DNA of 52,724 bases, filler included, from Dimargaris cristalligena (GCA_003614675.1; 2 parts of 2 records of this genome joined end to end with filler, not necessarily neighbours in it), one strand, 5' to 3'; positions 1 to 11,972 are shown, numbered from the whole stretch's first letter. Numbers and translations: made by a program. The notes: generated by a model from the letters alone, not told the origin.

Positions 1-2173
1 GGCGAATATCCTGCCCGTTGATGATGATGGCCCCATCCGACACATCTGCCATACGCATGATTAAATTAAACATGGTCGATTTACCGTGACCACTTACGCC
101 GACGATGGCCGTGGTTCGGCCGGCCTGGATGTGGAGGTTAATGTCACGCAAGACGGGGCCCTGGCCTTCGTATGCAAAGGTGACGTTACGAAACTCAATG
201 TGACCCCCGTTATCTAGCTTCACTGGTGGGGCCCCGACATCGTCCGGAAGGTCGACAGTCCGATGTAGGCTAAACACCGAAGATGCCTGGTAGCCCGACG
301 GTTGGAAACTGGAAACCACTAGCCGGGTGAGTTCTTTGGTCTGATCGGTGATCAGCTTGTAAGCGCTCATGGCGAAGAGACACTCGACCTGGCTCATTTC
401 ACCAGCGTGGAGCTTCCAAATACACAGGGTCATCCACGGGTAGTACAGACCTCGATAAAGCATGTCGTCCCAGGTGGATGTTAAGACATACCGTGTTGTC
501 CCTGAATGCTGGATATGTTTGGGTAAATGATCAAGGACTTGCTGGTATTCATATTGCTCACTGCTAAGCCGCCTAAAGTCTGAAATTCGGTGGAGTCGGT
601 TGGACATTCCCCATTGAAACCCATATGGCGACAAATACCATCGTGGATCGACCCGGCTGTTGACGAGGCGGCAGCAATAGTGGATTAGACTACTCAAAAA
701 CATATGCGTTAGCATCAAAAAAAAAATCTCGAGACCAACCGATTTCCAGATACTGGTTATAAGGAGAATTAAACCCGCGCAGGTTGAAATGATTTTCAGT
801 AGCTGATCGCGGAAATTGGCGGCTAAGCCGACGTATAAGTCAAGGTAAAACTCGGGATCATAAGGGATTTTGCTCGACTGTCGCTGGTTACGGTGCATAT
901 GGGAATAAATCTGATGTTTCCACTGAACAAGTATACCTTGGTTGAAATGAGCCTTCAACCGATTGAATAAAGTCGGCACGACATTGCTAATGAACTGGCT
1001 CGGAAGATTATAGTAACACATAAAACTAGCAATAGTGGCAGTTTGAATCACCAGGCTTTCTTCAAAGTAGCGTAGGGCCTGGGATTCTAGGTAGTCTGCA
1101 CCTTTTTGGCCGAGCGCCAGAGCCAGAAGAATGAGGGAGCTCGAATATACCCGCCAGTCGAAGAACAACGTTGGAATTAATAGTGAATATATCTTGATCT
1201 CGCGAAAGAAGAAGAAAGGCTCCGAAACACTATCATTCGCTTCGACCTCGACTGTGTCCTCCTCCTGGTAGTATTCACTGTCCCAAATCTCCATGTAGAG
1301 TAGACCCAGCAGGCTACCCTTTATTGCATCCATCTCGATTTCTCTCTGGAGGGTGACTGAGGCGTTCCAGGATATCCCTATCGGTTGGCTTGGAGCGGTG
1401 AATACTGTGGGCTGGTAAGCGGTGGTCAGGAAGCGAATGTCAGGGGAAAATCGGACCACGGCCCGAACCAGCCATACCGGGGCCCAGGTCAGGAACTGGA
1501 CCACACTACCGCCAAGTATGGGCACCATTTTTCGACGGAGGAACCGGAGCTGGTATATGGCGATGATACTGAATATCATGGTGTATGCGACTGTATGGGC
1601 CAGAATTACCGAATCGGCCAAGGATTGCTGGGGGCAGAATCTATATTGCAGTACCACTATTACTAACTCGACCAGGGCTATACGGATATGTGTCAGCCAA
1701 AACTCTAGATGAGCTGAGCCACGCATGCTCAACCGGTAGAGCCAAAGGGACCAATCGGAGTGGGTAGCTGGTCGCGAACTCCGACGCCGGTTCAGAAACG
1801 ATATCCAGGCAATAACGAGGGTCAAGCCGCGGAGAGCCCCCAGGATGAGTTGCAGCGAGTTGCCTGCCCCAGAAGTCTTCTCCTTGCTCCAGATTATTAT
1901 CATGGTGAAGGTGAATAACGCGATGGTGTGAACAAATGTGACTATGCAGATGGCCACCCGTTGGAGAATTTCTAATTGAACATTGGTGACCAATTGCTGG
2001 CCACGCGTCACCGAGAGGTAAGGAAGGGTCTCGAATCTGCTGGGCACCGCCGGTGCAGGTTTATACTGGGGGCTCTGTTGGAACTGCAGAAAGTGGAGCA
2101 GGTAGGCCATGGTGGCGATGACTGTAACGTTGGGCCACAGGGTGGCCAGCTGGTGCAACATGGCCGCCAACAT
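1..2173 (-). CDS. ABC transporter, ABCB half-transporter type (HMT1/ATM1-like architecture), partial: runs off the left edge of the window
   Basis: Manual translation from ATG 2173 stays open to base 1 (724 codons, no intron needed, in-frame stop upstream). It ends in GHIEFRNVTFAYEGQGPVLRDINLHIQAGRTTAIVGVSGHGKSTMFNLIMRMADVSDGAIIINGQDIR, the start of an ABC nucleotide-binding domain with Walker A GVSGHGKST, after several hydrophobic segments. Absent from the ORF track, probably because no stop lies in the window. Confidence 0.88.
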   Translation of the reverse strand, partial: MLAAMLHQLATLWPNVTVIATMAYLLHFLQFQQSPQYKPAPAVPSRFETLPYLSVTRGQQLVTNVQLEILQRVAICIVTFVHTIALFTFTMIIIWSKEKTSGAGNSLQLILGALRGLTLVIAWISFLNRRRSSRPATHSDWSLWLYRLSMRGSAHLEFWLTHIRIALVELVIVVLQYRFCPQQSLADSVILAHTVAYTMIFSIIAIYQLRFLRRKMVPILGGSVVQFLTWAPVWLVRAVVRFSPDIRFLTTAYQPTVFTAPSQPIGISWNASVTLQREIEMDAIKGSLLGLLYMEIWDSEYYQEEDTVEVEANDSVSEPFFFFREIKIYSLLIPTLFFDWRVYSSSLILLALALGQKGADYLESQALRYFEESLVIQTATIASFMCYYNLPSQFISNVVPTLFNRLKAHFNQGILVQWKHQIYSHMHRNQRQSSKIPYDPEFYLDLYVGLAANFRDQLLKIISTCAGLILLITSIWKSVGLEIFFLMLTHMFLSSLIHYCCRLVNSRVDPRWYLSPYGFQWGMSNRLHRISDFRRLSSEQYEYQQVLDHLPKHIQHSGTTRYVLTSTWDDMLYRGLYYPWMTLCIWKLHAGEMSQVECLFAMSAYKLITDQTKELTRLVVSSFQPSGYQASSVFSLHRTVDLPDDVGAPPVKLDNGGHIEFRNVTFAYEGQGPVLRDINLHIQAGRTTAIVGVSGHGKSTMFNLIMRMADVSDGAIIINGQDIR

Positions 2174-3899
2174 AGGAACGGAGAGCCGAGCCCAGGTATA
2201 AGGGTGAGGTTCAGGTTCGGTATTGCAAACAGGTGGAAATACTTGACAGGTCTAGTCGGTAGTAAAAGAGCGTTTGGTATGATGAGAGGTAAATGTTAGC
2301 GTTAGTGATGAATAAAATGATAAATGGGACACAGGGAATAGTTACGTTTATTGAAGCAGTTTATGGGGAGGGATTGGTGAACGAATTTATAGTCAAGCCA
2401 TGGTACGGAAAACTGGGGCTGCCATAATGACCGTAGCTTACCCTTAGCCTAACCAATCCCTCAACGAATGCTGGGTTAATGGTATATCTAAAAGACCAGA
2501 GGTTTTGGCGGTAGGATATAAACAATACGAATCTTCTCAGAGATTGGCAGTTGATCATTTAAATGATATATACACATATAAATAATGTAATCCACGTCGG
2601 GAAATGCTGCGGAGTTCCTTTCCCCTAGCTGCACCAGGTAATCACCGCAACGGGACCCCTCCGTCTGAAGCTATTATTAACATCGCCAAGGAACTAAATA
2701 AGGCGAGGTACTGTACTCAGTTTAGGCACTTGTTATACCCTATTGTATATCCGACTTGTGTCAGAAGTCACCCGCTCACTACATTAAAGGTGAATACGGT
2801 CCAGTCCACCACCACCCAGCCTATCCATGCAAGGGTATTCTCACACCCATATAACTGTATCCGCAGTTCACAGGGTATTGCATTACCTACCTATTGAACT
2901 ATGGTTGAGGGAACCATACCCGAAATGGGATCTGGCACTGATATGAGTGAATTGGCCATGGGCACATAGCCGAACCTCCCCAATGTGTATCGCGACTAAA
3001 AGAACTTGACAGAAAATATCCGCTAGGTTAAAGTCCAAAAAAAAATAGTCATATTTCTTGGTTGATTATAACAATGAGGTCTGTAATCGAAAATAGTAAA
3101 ATGTAGTACAATGCATTGACAACAAGGCAATGGAGTTTGTGAATTTACTGAGGTAAGATCCATTTTAACGGACTAATATAGCAGACGAGGTTAATAATTA
3201 TCGCCCGCCATTGATATTTAAGCGCACAGTTTACACTATTCAGGTATCTTAGTATACCCAATCACCTCTTACCTTATTCATAACGACCGGGTAGTTAATA
3301 TAAAACTACAATAACCTTAGAAGGAAGTTCTATTGAAACCCCACATAGGCTAAAAAAAGGAAACGGGGGACTATGGTGGCGAGCACTGTGTTGAGGGCAG
3401 AAAGCAGCAGATTTCGGTATTGGTTTTACAAACCAAGATAATCGGGAAGCAAACAGGGACTGGGCTAGATTATCCAAGTCAGTTCAACCCACGCTATTCC
3501 GGCCATTCCGTACCCGTGGCTTTTTTATGCGGGTGTCATTGTTCCTCTCTACAGTTTTGTATGATCTCATCTTTTTTAAATAGCAGTGGGTAGGGGCATG
3601 GCTATAGAATAATCCCGGTTTCTTATATCCCTCACTGTTCCCAAATTTTGATAAACAGAAGCTAAAGTCCTCGGCAATGGGGCCAGGGGTCAGAGCATAG
3701 GTGAAGTATGGTCTGCAAGCCATCAAAAGTATTGAAAACATAGGTCAAAATACAATCCCGTACACCTATAACTTTTGTTAGAAGTATGATGCCTTATCCA
3801 GTGAAATCAAATATCAATGTCACAGTTTACTGATAAGAAAACACCAAATGAACAGCCTTTGGTGAATCCGGAAGTGTTTTGGACAGGGTCGGAAGGGTC

Positions 3900-4270
3900 T
3901 ATTTGGAAAGGGTGACAGGGGAATAGCCCCTTCCAAATATAATGTTCATTGAAATAGATACATCTACTTAAGGTGTAACCAGGTTTGCCGACTGTCCCAA
4001 TAGTGCATTTGATATTGATAGCAATTTGGCTGATTTTTAGGTGGTATTGGGTAGTCCCTTGTCTGGCTTTCAATGAGATCCATGCTGTGGACCAGTGGGG
4101 AATTCAACCTCTCCCAGTTAGTCTAGTTGCATCCAGCTTCTTAATTATTGAGTTCCATTTAGCATGCAGAGGTTTCATTGCTGGCTATTGTACAAAATAA
4201 CAGGCATTACACTTAGTTGAACAATAAAGTAGTTGAAAAATCAATGGCGGCAGCGTGCAATGCAACAACA
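3900..4270 (-). mobile_element. Degenerate Helitron-like PIF1 helicase fragment (relic); boundaries approximate
   Basis: Minus-strand translation across stops and frameshifts gives LPP...LSVMPVIL...NLCMLNGTQ*L...GEVEFPTGPQHG...AINIKCTIGTVGKPG. This is colinear with the Helitron helicase C-terminal pattern LPPHxLxLKVGMPVILLRNL..GLCNGTRL..IEAEILTGPHAG..AMTINKSQGQT. Confidence 0.42.
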
Positions 4271-4536
4271 TTGAATATCCATAATTACATTTACAAAAAC
4301 CAAGTGGTATTGGAGAAGGTGCTAGATGTATAGAGCTATTCCGATATTTGGATATGCAAAGAGAATGGCTGTGCTATATCACAGCTATTTCACAGTCGGT
4401 CCTATGAAATAGATATGTCGTCCCCGCTACGACAACCTTTCCTGTTGACAGACCATCTGCCTTGACTGATTCCCCTCGTTTCTTCGGCATTGACTGTATA
4501 TTAGCATAAACTTCACTTCGACTTATCCGATTCCCC

Positions 4537-7500
4537 ATGGCCACTTTGTCCAAACGAGATCCAGCTCCTTTTCGCCAAGCCTGTCGAGAGTTAACTCGAG
4601 TCTTGAACCCAATCCCCACCACCGATGGTGGTCGGAATCTCACATTAGAGCAACAGCTCGAGGCCATCTCCAATTGGTGGCAACGGGGTGGCTCGTCTCT
4701 GACTACGGCCCCTGCTGGTGAGCCCCACCCACCACCACCTGCCAGTGCCCAATGGCTGAAATGGGTCCTGCAGGGTTGTCGCTGTCTGACCCCAGAGAAT
4801 GCAAGCACCGAAGCGTTAAACCAGTTTATGCGCATTCTCCAGCGGGTCCTCCAGGCAGGGTTGATACCGCTCAACAAGTGGCGTTTTAATCTGGGTCCAC
4901 CCATCACGTTTCTCCTCGAGGTTCTCCCCAAGACCACGGCCGCCGTCACCGCCCCCCATTCCGCCGGTCCGCCCGGTTGGACCGACTTGTGCGGCCCCCA
5001 GTTGCTCGCCCTCCAAACACTCAGCATCCTCCTGAAAGACCACGGCCCCCACTGTGCCAACTACCACCCGAAACTTCTCCAGACCTTACGGGTGCTAAGT
5101 ACACGACCCGATGCCCCGTCGACCCAGGTGGCCTTGGAGACGGCAGTTCATTTATGCGTTAAACTGGGCACCAAACACTCGGCTACGCTGGTCGATGCTC
5201 GACTACTGTTTCTTACTCACCTCGACCGTTGCCTGGGCTCCACATCTACTTCCGCCAGCTCTTCGGGAGGCCGACCGGTGTCGTCCAACCTTAATCAGCG
5301 TAATTACCGTTCAGTATCCGCCGCACTGCGTGGAGTCAAAACTATCATACTCGAGGATAAAAAGACCTTTAGCGCGGATTTACCCCACCTTGGTCGACTC
5401 CTGCGGTCCATTATTTTTGCGCCTATTGGCAATGGACTAGGCCCTACTTATACCACCTATACACTACCGTCGAGTCGTCGTCCTTCAGCCACTTCCGCGG
5501 GACCAATGGCCTACTCTGCTGCTATTTCAGGCTCGGACTCGGACCTCACTGACCAATACGTCTCGGATGCCCCTGGCCCACCCCACCGGGTGACCCGCCG
5601 TGCCGCCGTCACCGTCCAGACCCTGAATGTCCTGGGGGTCCTTTGCCGCACCTACCCATCCTATATCCAGAACGACTGGGATACCTATTTGCCGGACGCC
5701 CCCGTCGATGACTATCGTCGGCCGAATCTGTTTACGCTGTGCCGGACCCAGGCCCATCCCGATATCCAACGGGCTATCCTGTTTTGTCTGCAGCAAATGC
5801 TAGCTGGTGCCCGGGTTTTGCTGAACCAAAGTGATGACCGAACCGTGACGGTCTCCTACACCCCGCGCTCGGTGCGTATTGCCCAAATGGTCGGGGAAGT
5901 GCAGCGTCGGCTCTTAGCGTGGTTGTCCGCCGAAACGCAGCTGGACCGGCTGGAACTCATCCTCCGGGGTCTGCATCCGCTGGCCAACCTCACGCCTTAT
6001 GACCGAATTCGCCAGCCTCTGGTGCCGGAATTAGCCACCGCTCTGTTACCCTATCTGGCCCATCCCCAACCACCAGTGGCCGAATTGGCCCACCAGCTAT
6101 GGGCCGTGTTGCTGGGTCGCCGTTGCCAAAGTGATCGACTCCTGGCGCTATTGGATCCAACGCCGGAGACTCTAGAGAACGAATCGGGACAGTTCGATGA
6201 ACGGCCACCTAGCCCCCAAAGACCGCCGCGACCCCTGAACAACATTGTCTCGGCCGTCGGGGACCCGCGGCTGTCCCTTGAGGCCCGATGTGGGGCAGCC
6301 CAACTACTGACGGCAGTCGCCCAGCTTGACACTCCGTGGCTATTGGCCCGGTGGCCGCGTCTAATCATTGAAATCGAACACCAGTTCGATCAAGCGCCCG
6401 TCCCCCTGCAAATCCACCTCCTCAAGTGCTTGGAATCCATCGTGGCCCAACCGGGCGTGACCACCGGCCCCGATTGGTGCCGCTACGTCGATACCTTTGT
6501 ATTACGCCATATCAACAGTGAAGAACCGGGTCTTCGCGTCGCTCTCTACGATTTCCTAGCGGGACTCTCCCCGGCCGGCGCCCAAGCCCTTCGGCCCCCG
6601 CAATACACCTCTATTGCCCACCTGACCCTTACAGGCACCCAACACGCCCATTCGGATATTCAAGGCGCGGCCTACCGGGCCCTGGGCTTCTTCTGTAGTT
6701 TGGATGTCTTCCGGGAAGACACGGGGTTTTTGGCCAATTGTCTACAGCAAGTCCAACGTGGGGTCACCGCCAACAGTAATAGTAGTGGTGGTGGTGGTTC
6801 TCACGCTTCGGACCGTACCGGAAATCCGCCCCCCCCCTGGTTCGGCATCCGAATCCCCTCGGCCTTTGGCCAAAACGGGACCTCCTGTGAATTCATTACA
6901 GGTACGGATCAAAGCGGCATGGGCCCTAGCTAACGTATCGGACGCGTTGGTCTGGGCGCACCGTTGTCAAACCGAAGATATCGCTCCCTATGTGACCCCG
7001 GAAACCCTCCGGCGCCTTACGGAACTGGCCGGCAATCTGGTGCAAGATGACGAACGCATTAAAATCAGTGGACTACGCATTCTCGGCAACTTGTTTCAGC
7101 TCGTTGATTCGGACTGGTTCGGCCGCTACGGCTCGTTGGTCAACCCCATCATGCACAATGTGGTGAAACTTATCACTGGCGGGTCATTTAAGGTAAGGTC
7201 ACGGACAATTTGGTGTTGGCCAAATGCTCCTCTTCGTTAACATTTACTAACAGCTAATTCTATAATATTCGTTGAACGGCTAACCATGATACGAAGGGTT
7301 CGATAATATCTAACCAGCTCTCCGTATCATCCTTAATAATTCGATATATTTTAGGTACAATGGAATGCCTGCCACGCCGTCAGTAGAATGATGACCAGTC
7401 CCGATTTCCCGGCTGGTGCTCCCTACTGTACCTGGACCACTGATCTGTTCAATGCCCTGGTGGCCGCCCTCCGCCAGTCGAAGAACCACAAAGTTCGAAT

Positions 7501-7975
7501 CAATGCCTGCCAGGCACTGGGTCACCCTTACCGCCTGGCTCAATACGGCGAAAATCCAATTGGGAGCCACTCGGCCGCTCTTTCCTCCATTGTGACCGAC
7601 CTGGCTCAAGTCTTCAACACGAATGTCGTCGAGATGTTGAGTACTCTAGTCGACGAGTCTCAGGCTATTCCAGACACCGCACCAGAGGCAGTCGTTAGGT
7701 CCCCGAAGGGTCGCTCCGAACCAGAAGGCCCCCCGACAGGTACCGTCTCTGAACTCGGCTATATGATGACCCACGCCGACCGTAGGGCCGTGACATCCGC
7801 CTGGAAAGACGCCCAAAAATACCCGCGTACTCTTGTGAGTACGATGCTGGAAACATGTTCCCATATTGCCGCCCTGCTCAAAGAGAGTCCTCAGTTTAAC
7901 CATTTGGTTAAGCAGTGGGATGGTATTTGGACCACCGAGAAGTACTTGAAGAATATGGACATTATTGACTCGTGA
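4537..7975 (+). CDS. HEATR6: HEAT repeat-containing protein 6-like (ARM/HEAT); exons 4537-7192 and 7355-7975, one frameshift at poly-C 6829-6837; about 1091 aa if corrected
   Basis: ORFs 4537, 6704 and 7388 join into one helical-repeat protein with HEATR6-type motifs VRIKAAWALANVSDAL, FK|VQWNACHA (across GT-AG intron 7193-7354) and NHKVRINACQAL. Confidence 0.8.
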
Positions 7976-8599
7976 AGTAGGATTTACTATACTGGTATGG
8001 TTAGTGCCTGAATTTATACTGGTAAATCAACTGGGTTAAGATTGGCTTATGGAGAATTGGACCTGGATTTATTTCACTACTCTAATAATAAGTAGATTGG
8101 GCCGATTCACTGGATGATTAATAATACATTCGCGAATAAGCGGAGATTAGTAGACTCTAAATTTGATCTCCGCCCAATGCCAAAATATATGGTGTACATG
8201 ACTACGTCTTGGATGTCAAAGTAGTGCGAATACTGTTTTGGGGATCTTCCTTTGTGGAAAAAAGGTGTAATATTATTTTTTATTAAGACATTTTCATGGT
8301 GGTAAATTATATGCGATTGACAAACGTGTGCCATGGAGTGTAATCTTGAGGGGAAAAGGTGATAAAAAGTGAGTGAGTGAGTGAGAAATACAGTCATTAT
8401 TGCTATCATTCAATGATTTGAAATCCAACCAAACCGGGCCGTTTCATTTTCTTTTTGATAAAAAAAGATGTCAAGCCAATCAAATTCCAAAAGGAAGTAT
8501 ATAAAAAAAAATGGGAGATCATACAAAGAAACATAAAAAGGGGTGTGTGTGTTAGGGCATTTGGGTGTGGGGTTGCCTCAATGAAATAGCATTAGGAAA

Positions 8600-10333
8600 T
8601 TATTTACGGCGAGCTTGGGTAAAGTCCCAACCGTCGGCGGGCAAATCGTAATCATCATCCCAGTTGTCCTGGTCTACCACAGGCCCGGGCCGATTCGTGG
8701 AGGACAGGAAAATGTGGCTGAGGTTGATGGACGGGTACGAACCATGGGAGTAACTCGTGCGTGGTGATCGGGTGGAATGACGCGTTATGCTGGGGGTCAG
8801 CAGACTGACGGCCTCGTCGCTCGGAATGGTGAGGGTGGAGGACATACTTTGGTTAAGCTTATCCGGTTCGGTAGGGGAATCCGCCCGCGACGGCAGTCCG
8901 TCATCGTGAGTGTAGGATGATAGCCGCTTGGGGGGGTGTCGCAGGGCTTGCGGATACTGTTGGGTGTGGTGATGGCCAAGTTGCTGATACTGCTGTTGCT
9001 GCGGGTGGTGGAGGTGGTGGTGGACGGAATGGCTGGAAGGGGATAAAGTTAACTCCAGCACCTTCTCGGTCTGTTTCAAGTTACTGAGAGTGAGGTTACT
9101 AAGATCGTCAAAATCCTGGTCCCAGTTTTCTTCATCGGCTGCGTTGGAACAGTACCTGGCCAAGTCGTGTTTGGAGGTGGGCCGTGAAATAGGCGGGGGC
9201 TGGGCAGCAATGGTGTTGCTGCGGGTGCGAGTAATGGCGCGGCCCGTAGGCGGGCGGTTGACAGGGTCGGCGTTCCACTGCTGAACCGTCCGGATAGCCT
9301 CCTGGAACGTGGTATTCGAAGCAGTCGGGTTCGGGGGGTTGGCGGGAACCGAGGTCTGGTTTTGGTCCTGGGTTTGGGTTTGGGTAGGCAAGGTCACAGT
9401 CCCGTACCGGTCATCAAAGTCGTCGAAACCCGTCTGCGGCGGACGGCATTTTTGGATCCACGGATGCCTTGACAGAAACGGGGCCGAGCCGCGCTGACTG
9501 GGGTCTTTGGGGAAACAATGGCGCAAAAAGTCGCGCACTAACGAGGAAAGGCCCGTCGGCAGCGGCGGGTGGGGATCCTGAACCATCCGAAAGAGGGCGG
9601 CGACGGTGGACAAACGCCCATAAGGGGGTTCACCCTGGAGGAGTTCAATCACCGTACAGCCCAGGCTCCAGATATCCGCGGCGGTAGTCACCCCACCGAG
9701 CTCAATCACCTCGGGGGCCATCCAATAGGGTGAGCCCACCGAGTGGGGGTCCTCATCATTCACCAACGTGGAAACGCCGAAATCGGCGAGTTTGACGCGT
9801 CCATCCTTCGTGGACAAAATGTTGGCGCCCTTGATGTCCCGGTGGATGATGCCCTGCTTGTGCAGGTAGGTAAGGCCGGCCAAGACCTGCCCCAGATACA
9901 CGCCGACCAAGTGTTCCGGAAATCGGCCGAATTTCTTGTAAATGGAGCGCAGCGAGCCGTTTTCGCAGTATTCTAAAATTTGGTACAGGTTTGCGTCCGT
10001 CTGGACGAACCCGAGGTACCGCACGATATTAGGGTGCTGCAGTTTTTTCAAAATGGCGACTTCGGATAGGCAGGAATCGATGACCGTTTCGGCCGAGGCC
10101 ATGGCCGGAGGGCGGGAGGCCTGGTGGCTGCGTTGAAGCGGCTGTTTAGGGTCATTGGGGTTAGGCCGGGACGAAGGGTGCTCGGAGGGGCGGCGGAGGG
10201 TGGTCACGTTCTCCAGTGAGATTTGCTTGACGGCCACGACCTTCCCGTTAGTCAGATTGAGGCCGCGGAACACGGTACCGAAGGCACCCTTGCCGATGCA
10301 GTCGCCCAATTGGTACTGCTGGATAACCGGCAT
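8600..10333 (-). CDS. STE-group Ser/Thr kinase, Cdc15/Cdc7/SepH-like; intronless, 577 aa from ATG 10333
   Basis: YQLGDCIGKGAFGTVFRGLN, VAVKQI, HRDIKGANIL, KLADFGVS, VGSPYWMAPEVIEL, ALFRMVQDPHPPLP match the Cdc15/SepH kinase domain. The longer start at 10612 in the ORF track is not an ATG. Confidence 0.9.
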   Translation of the reverse strand: MPVIQQYQLGDCIGKGAFGTVFRGLNLTNGKVVAVKQISLENVTTLRRPSEHPSSRPNPNDPKQPLQRSHQASRPPAMASAETVIDSCLSEVAILKKLQHPNIVRYLGFVQTDANLYQILEYCENGSLRSIYKKFGRFPEHLVGVYLGQVLAGLTYLHKQGIIHRDIKGANILSTKDGRVKLADFGVSTLVNDEDPHSVGSPYWMAPEVIELGGVTTAADIWSLGCTVIELLQGEPPYGRLSTVAALFRMVQDPHPPLPTGLSSLVRDFLRHCFPKDPSQRGSAPFLSRHPWIQKCRPPQTGFDDFDDRYGTVTLPTQTQTQDQNQTSVPANPPNPTASNTTFQEAIRTVQQWNADPVNRPPTGRAITRTRSNTIAAQPPPISRPTSKHDLARYCSNAADEENWDQDFDDLSNLTLSNLKQTEKVLELTLSPSSHSVHHHLHHPQQQQYQQLGHHHTQQYPQALRHPPKRLSSYTHDDGLPSRADSPTEPDKLNQSMSSTLTIPSDEAVSLLTPSITRHSTRSPRTSYSHGSYPSINLSHIFLSSTNRPGPVVDQDNWDDDYDLPADGWDFTQARRK

Positions 10334-11972
10334 ATTGGTGGTAGCACCCTGGGGGACGGAGGAGGGGCGGGGGTTTAGCCCGGTGTGGGAAAGTATGAAA
10401 GCGGGCTGAAGTGACGGGGTTAGTTTGAGAGCCGCGGTTGGATATCCGGACAAGTAGAGGTGTATGGGAGCAAAGCTAATGTTTTGGAGGAGAAAGGGAT
10501 CGTTCGGGGTTCGTGGGAGTATCAAAGAATAGCGAATACAAGTCGTTAAAACAGAACGAGTAGCACGAATAGAGAGGGATAGGAAGGGAGGACAGTAGGT
10601 GTGTAGGGTCAAGGGAAAGGGAGTGAATAGAGGAGTGGAGGGGTTATGAAATGGTGTGTCAGTAACCCAAGGGCAGAAAGGTGGTACCTGACTAATAGCT
10701 GCTAGTCAGCCCAAGCAATTTATACGCCAAAAAAAACAAGGAACGACGAGCTGTTGCTCCAGAAGCCAAAAGAAGCGGGTGTCTGGCTACAGCGATCAAC
10801 CGCAACGAGAGCTAGGGGAAACAGTAGTATTTTTTTAGCGCTTTACCGGGCACTAGTACCGATATTAGTTAGTTAGGAGCCAGGGATGGGGGTATAGCAC
10901 ACCTAACCTAATCCCGGCTGTGGGGGGGAAAAGAAAAGGGGGAAATAGGTCAGAAGAGCGTGGCTGCAACGGTGACTGTTAGGGTTGCAGAGTAGAGCTG
11001 AATTAATATGCGGAAGGGAGCGAGATATCACAAAGAAGTATAACGTACGTAATAACAAAATACAAGAGCAGGAGTAAGAGGGGGTCTCGTCCACGCAGCG
11101 AAGAGCCCCGGCCAGGAATGGTTAGATAGTACGGCAAAGAGGATTAGTAGAAATGAATGGAAAGAGACAGAGGAGGCGCTCAACGGCTTGCGAGACTCCG
11201 ATAGGGTGGAGACGGAGCGGCAAGTGGGTACATGACGTGGGCAAACGGGGAAAACGCTAAACGGGTGCTGCAAGGCCAGTGTAAAGGAAGGTAGAGGTAG
11301 GAAGAGCGCTGAGAATAAAGATACTAAACAATGTTAATACGAAATAAAGCAAATAAGAAATGGGGAACATATAAAAGAGCGACTTTGCTGTTCACAGGAT
11401 AAGGTAGAATGACCATACTCTGCCAATGCCAAACTAGGCGGATTGGGAGCCGCTTCGTCTGCCTATATATCTGTTAGTGCCGCTCCTAATACCCGGATTA
11501 AGCCATTCCAAAGGGGGTATTGTTGCTCGAAAGCAGCCCTGCCCGTGTGTTGTCGAGAGGTTGCCGTGGTGCGTATAGAACACCACCAATCAACTGGTGA
11601 AAATGTAAACAAAACATCAAGGCCCCACACGTCTCCTGATTGGTTAACCTGTTCAACGGTCATCATAAACACCATTGTTTACTTCTGATTGCCCCTTCCC
11701 AACTTAGAGGAATGTTGATACGAAAAAGGGTGAACGCGGTCTTCCTTACGCGTGATCTATACGCCAATATGCAGCGGGCTGATGAGCAGTACTGTAATCC
11801 ACCACAATGTTGAACATTTGGGGGGCGAAATGCAAATCAACTCAACACAATTCAATAAACTCCTTATCCTTACAAATAAACCGCGCTAATTTATTGTTTT
11901 ATCCATCGGAGTTAATTCGGGAGCATTCATGGGTTATATTAGAAAATCCACGGCGAGGTATAGTATAGATAT

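Noticed and set aside
1385..2299. Plus-strand ORFs of 60-107 aa
   Set aside because: Antisense shadows of the ABC transporter frame.
4374..5060. 228-aa minus-strand ORF, and similar antisense ORFs at 17420-17935, 23443-24144, 28283-28981 and 37248-37910
   Set aside because: They overlap well-supported genes on the opposite strand, have no recognisable motifs and are expected in GC-rich coding DNA.
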